Positions 26,599-36,774 of a stretch of DNA of 37,311 bases are shown in pieces. Made by a program: the position numbers and the translations under genes. Source of the stretch: Priapulus caudatus. Taxonomy: Eukaryota. The stretch lies in the NCBI RefSeq assembly GCF_000485595.1, contig NW_014577069.1, positions 16,742 to 54,052 of the forward strand, given 5' to 3'. How positions within the stretch are numbered: position 1 is the first letter of the stretch; each line of letters begins with the position of its first letter. The notes under the pieces were generated by a model. The model searched no databases. It saw only the letters and a list, made by a program, of their open reading frames with translations, and was not told the origin of the DNA.

Positions 26599-27500
26599 CA
26601 CAGGCACTTGGAACGTCTCAATAAAAAAAAGGTAAATTAAAAACGAAATGTATTTACTACCAAAGTCTTAAAGTCGCACTATGCGCATCCAAACGCTAAT
26701 TTCTCCAGTACTAGACTAGCAAATACTTCGTGTCATGCATATTCACACTACCTTATGACAAAAAAGACTCTAGTTCCTCCCATTTCACTGCGCGTTGTCT
26801 TATAAACGGCATTTGAAAATACCTCCAATGTTGTTCAAATTCTCCGATGGTGTTGACACTTTCACGTTGCCCTGCCAAGCAACCGCACAGCGGTGCTGCG
26901 GTACAGCGGTACGGGTGTAGCAAAGATAAAAACGTGACGTCACCTAACCGATTCTTGGCAAAATTGTTTGGCAAACAATTTAGCGTTGGCGCCAGATTAC
27001 CAGATTTTGCACCTCTTTCTTGTGGGTTTTAAGCAAACGTGCAGTGAAATGGCAGGAACTAGAGTTTATTTTGCCATAAGGTAGTGTGATTATGCATGAC
27101 ACGAAGTATTTGCTAGTCTAGTATTAGAGAAATTAGCGTTTGGATGCACATTGTGCGGCTTTAATGTTTCTCTACTCTATTTCGCCTATTATTGCCGATA
27201 ATTACCCGTAAATGCCGGTCAAATGCTCATCTGCAACACACAAGTACACCGCATGCCCGCCCTGTGCACAAACAACATGAATAAGAGAGTTATTATCTTT
27301 ATTTGTGAATAAAAACATAACTCTCTTATTCATGTTGTTTGTGCACAGGACGGGCGTGTGGTGTACTTGTGTGTTGCAGATGAGCATTTGACCGGCATTT
27401 ACGGGTAATTATTGGCAATAATAGGCGAAATAGAGTAGAGAAACATTAATACTGGTAGTAAATACATTTCGTGTTGATTGAGACGTTCCAAGTGCCTGTG
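26599..27500. mobile_element. Long foldback element with 8-bp TSD, left arm interrupted by Kolobok-like MITE
   Basis: Termini cacaggcacttggaacgtctcaat / attgagacgttccaagtgcctgtg; TSD GCTTTACT/GCTTTACC; inner near-perfect palindrome 27161-27449. Confidence 0.88.
26672..27160. mobile_element. Kolobok-like MITE, copy 2
   Basis: AG...CT termini, long TIRs, TTAA on both sides (26668-26671, 27161-27164). Confidence 0.88.
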
Positions 27501-28126
27501 GCTTTACCCATCCACTGTACTGTCCTGTCTCACTTAATGTTAGATCTAAGCACTTACACTAAATGAATAATATCTCAGAATTAGATTCTATATGGATACA
27601 CCACTTCTCGTTATTTCTTTAACCAAGTTGTTTTCTACACTTTCTCCTATTCCACTATTCCGTTCAAAATAGTTCAGGACTGCACTGGTTAATTTGTGTC
27701 TTACCACCATTACGCTTCAGCGCAGGTTTAGCTACTGAGTTGCGCGTTGCACTTGGCAAAGCTGGTGGAGCATTGGAAAGCGGTGGTCCCCAGGCATATT
27801 TAAGTGGATGTGTTCATGCTTTGGCAATCTTCCAGGCTTAATCACTTTATTTGTCCCCTTTCTGATTTGCTTCCTGGCCTTGGACTTCAGCTTTTGTGCT
27901 ATTAGGAAAATAACCTTTGTCATTGATCTGTTGGAGACTTCATAATAAAAAATGTGAATACGTGGAGAGAGAACAAAGCTGATTTCGATTTGTCATGAAC
28001 TATATTAACATCGCAATCAACTCTACATGCCATCATGAACATCGGTGTGCATTTCAGGTAGGTGAACTGCACTGGACCCTCGCGCAACAAAAAGACGTGC
28101 AACGTGTGCCTACAGTTGGGAGAAGA

Positions 28127-30010
28127 ATGTCAGACCTACATGCTGCCTGTTCACGTGGGGACGTTGAGAAAGTGTTAGAACTTCTGCGAGGTGGAGCGAA
28201 AACATCGTGCGTGAATGTACGCATGGAGACACCTTTCCACGTCGCCTGCGCACTTTCGCTGGACAGGACGGAAGAGAAGATGGAGATTGTGAAACAGCTG
28301 CTGCTGCATGACGCGCCCCTTCAAGAGGAGGATGAATGCGGGCGAACGCCTCTCATGCTCGCCTGCGAAACAGCCAGCGCGGATGTTGCAGCCAATGGAG
28401 CGGACCTCCACACGCGTTACCGTGGCGACGGAACGATGCTGCATGCAGCCGTGGCCGGCGGGAACGCGCGGGTCCTGTCGCCGGCTTGCTCTGGTCAGCT
28501 GGACATCATGCGCCTGCTACTGGAGGCCGGCGCCGACCCCAATGTCGCCATGACGAAGAGCGGGGAGACGCCGCTGATGAAGGCTGTGAGGGAGGGCGGG
28601 GAGGCGGTGGATGAGTTCTTATTAGGCCGCGAGCCCAACGAATGGGACTCCGGACAGTCCACCCTGTACCACGCGGCTTGCTCTGGCCAGCTGGACATTG
28701 TGTGCCTGCTACTGGAGGCCGGCGCGGATCCAAACGCCGCGGACTCGTACGGACAGACCTCCCTGCACATGGCGGCTCGCTGTGGCTTGCTGGACATCAT
28801 GCGCGTGCTACTGGAGGCCGGCGCCGAGCCCAACGTCGCCATAACGAGCGACGGAGCGACGCCGCTGATGAGGGCGGTGAGGGGGGGCGAGGAGACGATG
28901 GTGCGGATGCTGCTATCACACGGCGCCGACGCCAACGCTACGGACTCGTACGGACAGACCTCCCTGCACTACGCGGCTTACTCTGGCCTGCTGGAGGTCG
29001 TGCGCCTGCTACTGGAGGCCGGCACGGATCCAAACGCCGCGGACTCGCGCGGACAGACCTCCCTATACAACGCGGCTAACTCTGGCCGGCTGGACATCGT
29101 GCGCCTGCTACTGGAGGCCGGCGCAGACCCCAACGTCGCTGTGACGAAGATCGGCGAGACGCCGCTGATGATGGCGATAAGTTGGGGCAAGGAGGCGGTG
29201 GCGCGGATGCTGCTCTCACACGGCGCCAACGACAACGCTGCATACTCGAACGGAGAGACCTCTTTGCTCATCGCGGCTCGCTCTGGCTGGCTGGACATCG
29301 TGCGCATGCTACTGGAGGCCGGCTCAGACCCCAACGTCGCCAACAAGAACACCGGGGTGACGCCGCTGATGACGGCGGTGAGTAAGGGCAATGAGGCGAT
29401 GGTGTAAATGCTGCTCTCACACGGCGCCGACGCCAAAACCGCGGACTCGTACGGAAGGAACTCCCTGTACCACGCGGCTCGCTTTGGCGGGCTGAACGTT
29501 ATGCGCATGCTACTGGAGGCCGGCGCAGACCCCAAAGATGCCGAGACGAAGATCGGAGAGACGCCGCTGATGATGGCGGCATGCCGGGGCGAGGAGGCGA
29601 TGGCGCGGATGCTGCTCTCACACGGCGCCAACGACAACACTGCATACTCGACCGGAGAGACCTCCCTGCTCATCGCGGCTCGCTCTGGCTGGCTGGACAT
29701 CATGCGCCTGCTACTGGAAGCCGGCGCCGACCCCAACGTCGCCAACAAGAAGACCGGGAAGACGCCGCTGATGACGGCGGTGAGGCGGGGTGAGGAGGCG
29801 GCGGTGGGGATGCTGCTCTCACACGGCGCTGACGTCAACGCCGCATACTCGCAAGGAGAGACCTACCTGCACATCGCGGCTCGCTTTGGCGGGCTGAACG
29901 TTATGCGCATGCTACTGGAGGCCGGCGTAGACCCCAACGTCGCCGAGACGAAAGAAATGGGGTGTTTTACCGCGTTACACTACTCCTGTACTCAACGACT
30001 TCGAACCGAG
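28127..30010 (+). pseudogene. Paralogue B: ankyrin-array exon with one in-frame TAA (29405-29407)
   Basis: MSDLHAACSRGDVEKV N-terminal repeats then ~15 alternating repeats; TAA sits where sibling repeats have CAG/CGG and the frame continues; donor GAG|GTAAAA at 30010/30011. Start codon inferred. Confidence 0.8.
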
Positions 30011-30101
30011 GTAAAACTACGGGCGTACGTTGCGAATGATTGAGACCGAATTTTAGCAATGTCCTAATGTATTTTCTTATAGATGGTAAAGGTAATCAGT
30101 A

Positions 30102-30464
30102 TTAGTGCATCACATAATAGATCGTTGAAATTCTATTGGATAACGTCGCAGGTACTATGAAACAATAGTGCCCGCCTGAGCGGGCACTATTGCTTGCGCG
30201 ACGCGTTGTTATTATCGCATTGTGTTTTAATACAAATTGAAATTGTTCGTTTAAGAAACTTTGTCTTATTCACTTCATATTTGCCGAGTAGATTTCAATG
30301 TCATGTGATGCACTAAAAACATTAATGCCTGTTGTTGGGGGCACTATGCTGTCATAGAGTTGCTTTGGGAAGGAATAGTGCCCTCGCTGCGGCTCGGGCA
30401 CTATACCTTCCCTCAGCAACACTATGAGAGCATAATGCCCCCAACAACAGGCATTAATATATAA
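30102..30464. mobile_element. Hairpin-rich non-autonomous insertion in intron of paralogue B (family uncertain)
   Basis: 14-bp IR ttagtgcatcacat / atgtgatgcactaa (30102, 30303), small hairpin 30163-30192, long hairpin 30321-30458; absent in A and C; no clear TSD. Confidence 0.75.
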
Positions 30465-30787
30465 ATAGTAATCGGTTAACAGTTAATAATAGATATGTTA
30501 AATAGTTTTACCGCATTACACTACTCCTGCAATCTACTCGTGACGAAGGAAAAATGCGGGCGTACGTTGTGAACGACGGAGACAATTTTAGCGATGTTCC
30601 AATGTATTTTTATCTAGATAATAAAGGTAATCAGTAATAGTAATCGGTTATTAGTTAATAATTTAATAATAGTAATAGTTAGTAATCGGCAACAGTAATA
30701 AAGGTAGTAATCTCGGAGAAACTTGTTTTTTAAGGAACACACCTAAAATCGGGTTGTTAACGATTCTCGTTTCTTTCGTTCACACAG

Positions 30788-31345
30788 ATGATTACTCTTC
30801 TCTTGAATCATGGAGCTGACCCGAACCTCGTCGATTGTAACAAGAGAACGCCGCTCGCTATAATAGGCAGCGAGGTAGAGAAGGAATATTGGCGTGCGAT
30901 GAGTGAGCAACACGCACATGTAGCGGCGTCAGCTCTCCTACAGACGTGCGAGTCCGCCGGCATACTTCTACAGGTTAACACACGCGACAGCGAGGGCGAC
31001 ACCCCGCTGCACAGCTTCTGTAGGGTGATGCTCGCAGATGTTTACGTGGAAGTGAGGGAGGGGTGCATGCGGATAGTGCATGCGCTGCTGTTCAACCACG
31101 GCGCACACGTCGACGTGGTGAACGCACGGGGAGAGACGCCGTACGAACTCTGGTGCCAGATTTACCCGACGTTTTTCCGCGGCATCGTGGAGTCGAGCGA
31201 CGAGATACATGGCAGAATGAGCGCGCAGTATCATTCGCTGAAGTGCCACTGCGCGCGTGTTATCGTCAGACACAGCGTTGCATACGAGAACAGGCTGCCT
31301 CCGAGTCTCATAGAATTTGTCAGGGCACACGCTAGACCAACGTAG
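30788..31345 (+). CDS. Paralogue B terminal exon: C-terminal ankyrin repeats plus FEM-1-like BC-box/Cul2-box
   Basis: Acceptor ttcacacag|ATG; GDTPLH, GAHVDVVNARGETPYEL, SLKCHCARVIVRHSVAYENRLPPSLIEFVRAH, stop TAG. Confidence 0.85.
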   Translation: MITLLLNHGADPNLVDCNKRTPLAIIGSEVEKEYWRAMSEQHAHVAASALLQTCESAGILLQVNTRDSEGDTPLHSFCRVMLADVYVEVREGCMRIVHALLFNHGAHVDVVNARGETPYELWCQIYPTFFRGIVESSDEIHGRMSAQYHSLKCHCARVIVRHSVAYENRLPPSLIEFVRAHARPT

Positions 31346-31515
31346 GCGACACTAAGCATGTTAACCGAGGAAGCCCATGTAGGATCGGAGATGCGATAAC
31401 CCAGAAGATATCATCAATACTTGGTAGATCTATGTTCTAATTGTTGCACGTGTTGGCAGACGTGTTTCATTGCAATGTAAAATCGAGTATATGTAGTAAC
31501 TTATAATGAAAACCC

Positions 31516-32844
31516 ATGATGAGGGCGGTGGAGGAGGACGAGCAGATGATGGAGCGGATACTGCTCTCACACGGCGTCGACGCCAACACCGCAGACTCGC
31601 AAGGAGAGACCTCCCTGTACCACGCGGCTTGCTCTGGCCAGCTGGACATCATGCGCCTGCTACTGGAGGCCGGCGCCGACCCCAACGTTGCGGACTCGTA
31701 CGGATGGACCACCCTGTACCGCGCATCTTGCTTTGGCCGGCTGGACATTGTGCGCCTGCTACTGGAGGCCGGTGCAGATCCAAACGTCGCCAAGACGCCG
31801 CTGATGATGGCGGTGAGGGAGGGCGAGGAGGCGGTGGTGCGGATGCTGCTCTCACACGGCGCCGACGCCAACGCCGCGGACTCGCAAGGAAGGACCTCCC
31901 TGTACTACGCGGCTTTGTCTGGCTGGCTGGACATCGTGCGCCTGCTACTGGAGGCCGGTGCAGATCCAAACGTCGCCGATACGGAGAGCGGGAAGACGCC
32001 GCTGATGATGGCGGCGTGGGAGGGCAAGGAGGCGGTGGTGCAGATGCTGCTCTCACACGGCGCCGACGCCAATGCCGCGAACTCGTACGGACAGACCTCT
32101 TTGTACCATGCGGCTCGCTTTGGCCGGCTGGACATCGTGCGCCTGCTACTGGAGGCCTTCGCCGACCCCAACGTCGCCAAGACGAACAGTAGAGCGATGC
32201 CGCTGATGATGGCAGTGAATAAGGGCGATGAGGCGTTGGTGCGGATGCTGCTCTCACACGGCGCCGACGCCAACGCCGCGGACTCGTACGGACAGACCTC
32301 CCTGTACGATGCGGCTCGCTTTGGCCGGCTGGACATCGTGCCCCTGCTACTGGAGGCCGGCGCCTTCCCCAACGTCGCCCAGAATATGAGCGGAGAGACT
32401 CCGCTGATGATGGCGGTGAATAAGGGCGAGGAGGCGGTGGTGCAGATGCTGCTCTCACACGGCGCCGACGCCAACGCCGCGGACTCGCAAGCACAGACCT
32501 CCCTGTACCATGCGGCTCGCTTTGGCCGTCTGGACATCGTGCGCCTGCTACTGGAGGCTGGCTCCGACCCCAACGTCGCTCAAAATATGAGCGAAAAGAC
32601 GCCGCTGATGATGGCGGTGAATAAGGGTAAGGAGGCGGTGGTGCGGATGCTGCTCTCACACGGCGCCGACGCCAACGCCGCGAACTCGTACGGAGTGACC
32701 TCCCTGCACGTCGCGGTCGTCTCTGGCCGGCTGGACATCATGTGCATGCTACTGGAGGCCGGTGCCGACCCAAACGTCACCGATACGGAAGAAAGGGGGA
32801 GTTTCACCGCGTTGCACGACTCCTGTGATCAACTTCATACCGAG
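31516..32844 (+). CDS. Paralogue C: 5'-truncated ankyrin-array exon (~13 repeats, open frame)
   Basis: Starts mid-repeat (MMRAV) 170 nt after the B stop; donor GAG|GTAAAA at 32844/32845; expression uncertain. Confidence 0.75.
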
Positions 32845-33400
32845 GTAAAACTACGGGCGTACGTTGTGAATGATTGAGCCCGAATTTCAGCAATGCCCTA
32901 ATGTATTTTCTTATAGATGGTAAAGGTAATCAGTAATAGTAATCGGTTAACAGTTAATAATAGATATGTTAAATAGTTTCACCGCATTACACTACTCCTG
33001 CAATCTACTCGGGACCGAGGAAAAATGCGGGCGTACGTTGTGAACGACGGAGACAATTTCAGCTCATTACACTACTCCTGCAATCTACTCGGGACCGAGG
33101 AAAAATGCGGGCGTACGTTGTGAACGACGGAGACAATTTGAGCAATGTCCTAATGTATTATCTTATAGATGGTAAAGGTAATCAGTAATGGTAATCGGTT
33201 AACAGTTAATAAAAGATATATTAAATAGTTTCACCGCATTACACTACTCCTGCAATCTACTCGGGACTGATGAAAAATGCGGGCGTACGTTGTGAACGAC
33301 GGAGACAATTTTAGCGATGTTCCAATGTATTTTTGTCTAGATAATGAAGGTAATCAGTAATAGTAATCGGTTAATAGTTAATAATTAAATAATAGTAATA
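32800..33400 (+). repeat. Tandem ~175-bp duplications of the exon-end/intron-start junction forming the intron of paralogue C
   Basis: tttcaccgc(g/a)ttacactactcctg...accgagg motif at ~32802, ~32977, ~33066 (partial) and ~33229; single intronic copy in A (5667) and B (~30507). Confidence 0.88.
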
Positions 33401-33510
33401 GTTAGTAATCGACAACAGTAATAAATGTAGTATGCTCGAAGAAACTTGTTCTTTAAGGAACGAACGTAAAATCGGGTTGTTAACGATTTTCGATTCTTTC
33501 GTTCACACAG

Positions 33511-34098
33511 ATGATTACTCACCTCTTGAAACACGGAGCTAACCCGAACATCGTTGATTGTAACAAGAGGACGCCGCTCGCTTTACTAGGCAGCCAGGCA
33601 GAGGTGAGAAGCCTTAGAATGAGTGAGCGAGGAGCACACGCAGCACCAGCAGAACAAGCGGAGTCAGTGGTACAAGCGGCGTCAGCTCTCCTTCAGACGT
33701 GCGAGTCCGCCGGCGTACTTCTACAGGTTAACACACGCGACAGCGAGGGCAACACCCCGCTGCACAGCTTCTGTAGGGCAATGTTTGCAGGCAGAGAGGG
33801 AGGGGAGGGGTACGTGCAGATAGTGCACGCGCTGCTGTTCAACCACGGTGCACACGTCGACGTGGTGAACGCACGGGGAGAGACACCGTACGAACTCTGG
33901 CGCCGGATTAACCCGACGCATTTCCGCGGCAACGTGGAGTCGAGCGACGAGATACATGGCAGAATGAGCGCGCAGTATTATTCGCTGAAGTGCCACTGCA
34001 AACGCGTTATCGTCAGACACAGCGTTGCATACGAGAACAGGCTACAGCTGCCTCCGAGTCTCATAGAATTTGTCAGGGCACACGCTAGACTAACATAG
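33511..34098 (+). CDS. Paralogue C terminal exon: C-terminal ankyrin repeats plus FEM-1-like BC-box/Cul2-box
   Basis: Acceptor ttcacacag|ATG; SLKCHCKRVIVRHSVAYENRLQLPPSLIEFVRAH, stop TAG; AATAAA motifs near 34410. Confidence 0.85.
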   Translation: MITHLLKHGANPNIVDCNKRTPLALLGSQAEVRSLRMSERGAHAAPAEQAESVVQAASALLQTCESAGVLLQVNTRDSEGNTPLHSFCRAMFAGREGGEGYVQIVHALLFNHGAHVDVVNARGETPYELWRRINPTHFRGNVESSDEIHGRMSAQYYSLKCHCKRVIVRHSVAYENRLQLPPSLIEFVRAHARLT

Positions 34099-35083
34099 GC
34101 GACACTAAGCGTGTTAACCGAGGAAGCCCATGTAGGATCGGAGATGCGATAACTCAGAGGATATTATCAATACTTGGTAGATCTATGTTCTAATTGTTGC
34201 ACGTGTTGGCAGACATTTCATTGCACTGTAAAATCGAGTATATGTAGTAACACTATTCAGTTTATATAGAAATGTGTAGATTATCGGTATGATGCCTTGG
34301 TGAATTGGCGCGATTTAATAACCACGAGTACAACTGTTAAAAGTTTGCAAATCATTTTTCTCTGTAAAAAAAACTCTAAAGGCTTAGTTGGGTTCTGAAT
34401 ATTAAAAAAATAAATAAATAAAACAACTATTTTACCATGAAATGTATGCAAATTCGGAAAGTACTTATTACCACCAGAATCACATATTTGATGTGCTCCT
34501 GCTACCACACAGCACCAAAAAATATAATCATTAATAACCCACTGTTCAGACGATCCACTTGTCATAATTTGTACCCATTAATAGGGTATATATATATCTA
34601 TACTATAGACTGTATATGCAGTCCAACCATAGACTGAAGGGACACTACGCCCTAGACTTATAGGGAATAAGCCTGTTATGTTTGATGCTCACACATGTGC
34701 ATAGTCAACGCAGATATGTTTTTTTTTAAATAACTGGAATGCTTCCACACCATGCGTGCATACCACGCGACACACACGTTGTTCTCGACGCGACATCTGG
34801 CGGTCATATATCATAACATCTCCCCTCTTTAATGGAAATAAACATTTCCTGCGTGAGTGCTTCATAGGTATGCACTAGAAGTGTATATGCAACTCAAAAT
34901 CAAACAACAAAGCCAAGCGAATATTCACCTACGTACTCATTGCCTGCTTGATCTTTGCCCTTACCTTGTATCTGCACTGAGGTGACCATGACAGAGGAGC
35001 GGCGGTTAGCGAGTGACGTACGCGCTTGACGTGCTTGTGTGGCACATTGCGCTTGGGTGAGGGGTAGTGTAGCATCTTCTGCG

Positions 35084-35485
35084 GCGTGTTCAACAGCGCG
35101 AACGCTCGCAGCACAAACGCAGCGCCACTTGAACGACACCGAGCTATGCACCAAGCGCTCGCTTTATCCAGGATGGCGGCTTCCTCATCAGATTTAATCG
35201 CGAGATTTTAATGTCTTCGAACAAATACTGTTAAACAAATTAGCAAACGAAATTGATATGAATTGAATTCAGAAGTGAATGAATGATTGAAAAATGAAAT
35301 GAAGTTGAAACAGAGTGAAATTGAAGTCAGAAATGTTAGATTCGCATTCACCAGATTGCCCGTCGCCATCTTGAAAACAACCTGCGTGCTGCGCGAACAG
35401 CCTCGGGAGCCTGATCGCGCGCGCTCGACCACGCGGTGTCGTTCAGAAGGCAAGCGCACGCGAGGGTTCGCGCTGTTGAACACGC
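35084..35485. mobile_element. MITE with ~26-bp TIRs (right end abuts gap)
   Basis: gcgtgttcaacagcgcgaacgctcgc / gcgagggttcgcgctgttgaacacgc; TSD not visible. Confidence 0.75.
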
Positions 35486-35826
35486 NNNNNNNNNNNNNNN
35501 NNNNNNNNNNNNNNNNNNNNNNNNNNNNNNNNNNNNNNNNNNNNNNNNNNNNNNNNNNNNNNNNNNNNNNNNNNNNNNNNNNNNNNNNNNNNNNNNNNNN
35601 NNNNNNNNNNNNNNNNNNNNNNNNNNNNNNNNNNNNNNNNNNNNNNNNNNNNNNNNNNNNNNNNNNNNNNNNNNNNNNNNNNNNNNNNNNNNNNNNNNNN
35701 NNNNNNNNNNNNNNNNNNNNNNNNNNNNNNNNNNNNNNNNNNNNNNNNNNNNNNNNNNNNNNNNNNNNNNNNNNNNNNNNNNNNNNNNNNNNNNNNNNNN
35801 NNNNNNNNNNNNNNNNNNNNNNNNNN

Positions 35827-36061
35827 CTGCTACGCTTCTACAACACGAGCAACGTCAAGAATGTTTTAAATGCTGTATACGCCATATTTTTCGCGTACAG
35901 ATGTTTTCGCGAATTCAGACTTCGCGAGTGGTTAATTTTGCGGTCGATGAATTATGAATTATTCGGTATGAATTATTCGCGTGTTGTTATTTTCGCGTCG
36001 GGAACGCGTTCGCGAAATTCGCGAAAATTAGACCACCGCGAAATATACAGCTTATACAGTA
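35827..36061. mobile_element. Right part of CGCG-rich MITE ending TACAGTA
   Basis: Repeated ttcgcg/cgcgaa motifs ending cgcgaaatatacagcttatacagta; left end in gap. Confidence 0.6.
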
Positions 36062-36502
36062 GGTCAGAACAAAAGCAATCTTAATATATCCCAGCGATTG
36101 TAAAAACGGACACAATGTTCGATATCTATCTAATAAGATAACTATCGAGAATACACAGATATGATCAATCATGATCATGATAATCAAACACTCGTTTCTG
36201 GTGATTAATTGATTAATCAATTGATTAATTGATCAACCCAAGGTAATTGATGTAATTAATCGTGATTCGTACGTGTGATTGTTACACATCGCAGTCGATA
36301 AATGACAATTAATCAGACCTTTGTTTAAATGACTAAGAGTTGGAAAGGTGTAGATTGTTTGTCAGAAATGATATGAATTTTTGAATTTTTTCTATGAGGG
36401 GGTCAGTATTGGGTATCGCTGCTTCCGAGACGGAGCTTCGGGCTTCTGCACAGCCGAGGAAAGTAAGGCCACGATGCCTATAGATGGCGCCACTTTCCCT
36501 TT
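36019..36502 (+). repeat. Second copy of block 1-485
   Basis: Direct match with few indels. Confidence 0.93.
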
Positions 36503-36774
36503 CCTCGCGTTCCGACAGCTTAGAGTCCCTTTATATAGAAGGAATTCTCTGGACTTTTCTCGTAGCATCACGCTTTGGATTCCGCGTTATGTCTATAGCC
36601 CTTCGCTCAGCAACTGTGGTTCGTCCTGCAAGAGTTTCGATCCGCTGCTGTTGCGTAGAAAAGGGCTTCACGGATTGAGCTGGCTAGTGAAGATAAATAT
36701 AACCCGCTGTTATATCTGTTAATATCTGTTATTGTCTTACCGACGATTATGTGTGCGTCCACATACACACGCGC

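Noticed and set aside
30788..31345. Assigning gene symbol fem-1 or ASB
   Set aside because: Only the tail resembles FEM-1; no TPR region evident and no LPxP Cul5-box, so orthology is unsupported
28978..32659. Long antisense and alternative-frame ORFs over the ankyrin arrays (e.g. 28978-29838 -, 31649-32659 -, 31506-32192 +)
   Set aside because: Shadow ORFs expected from GC-rich tandem coding repeats; no independent domain signal
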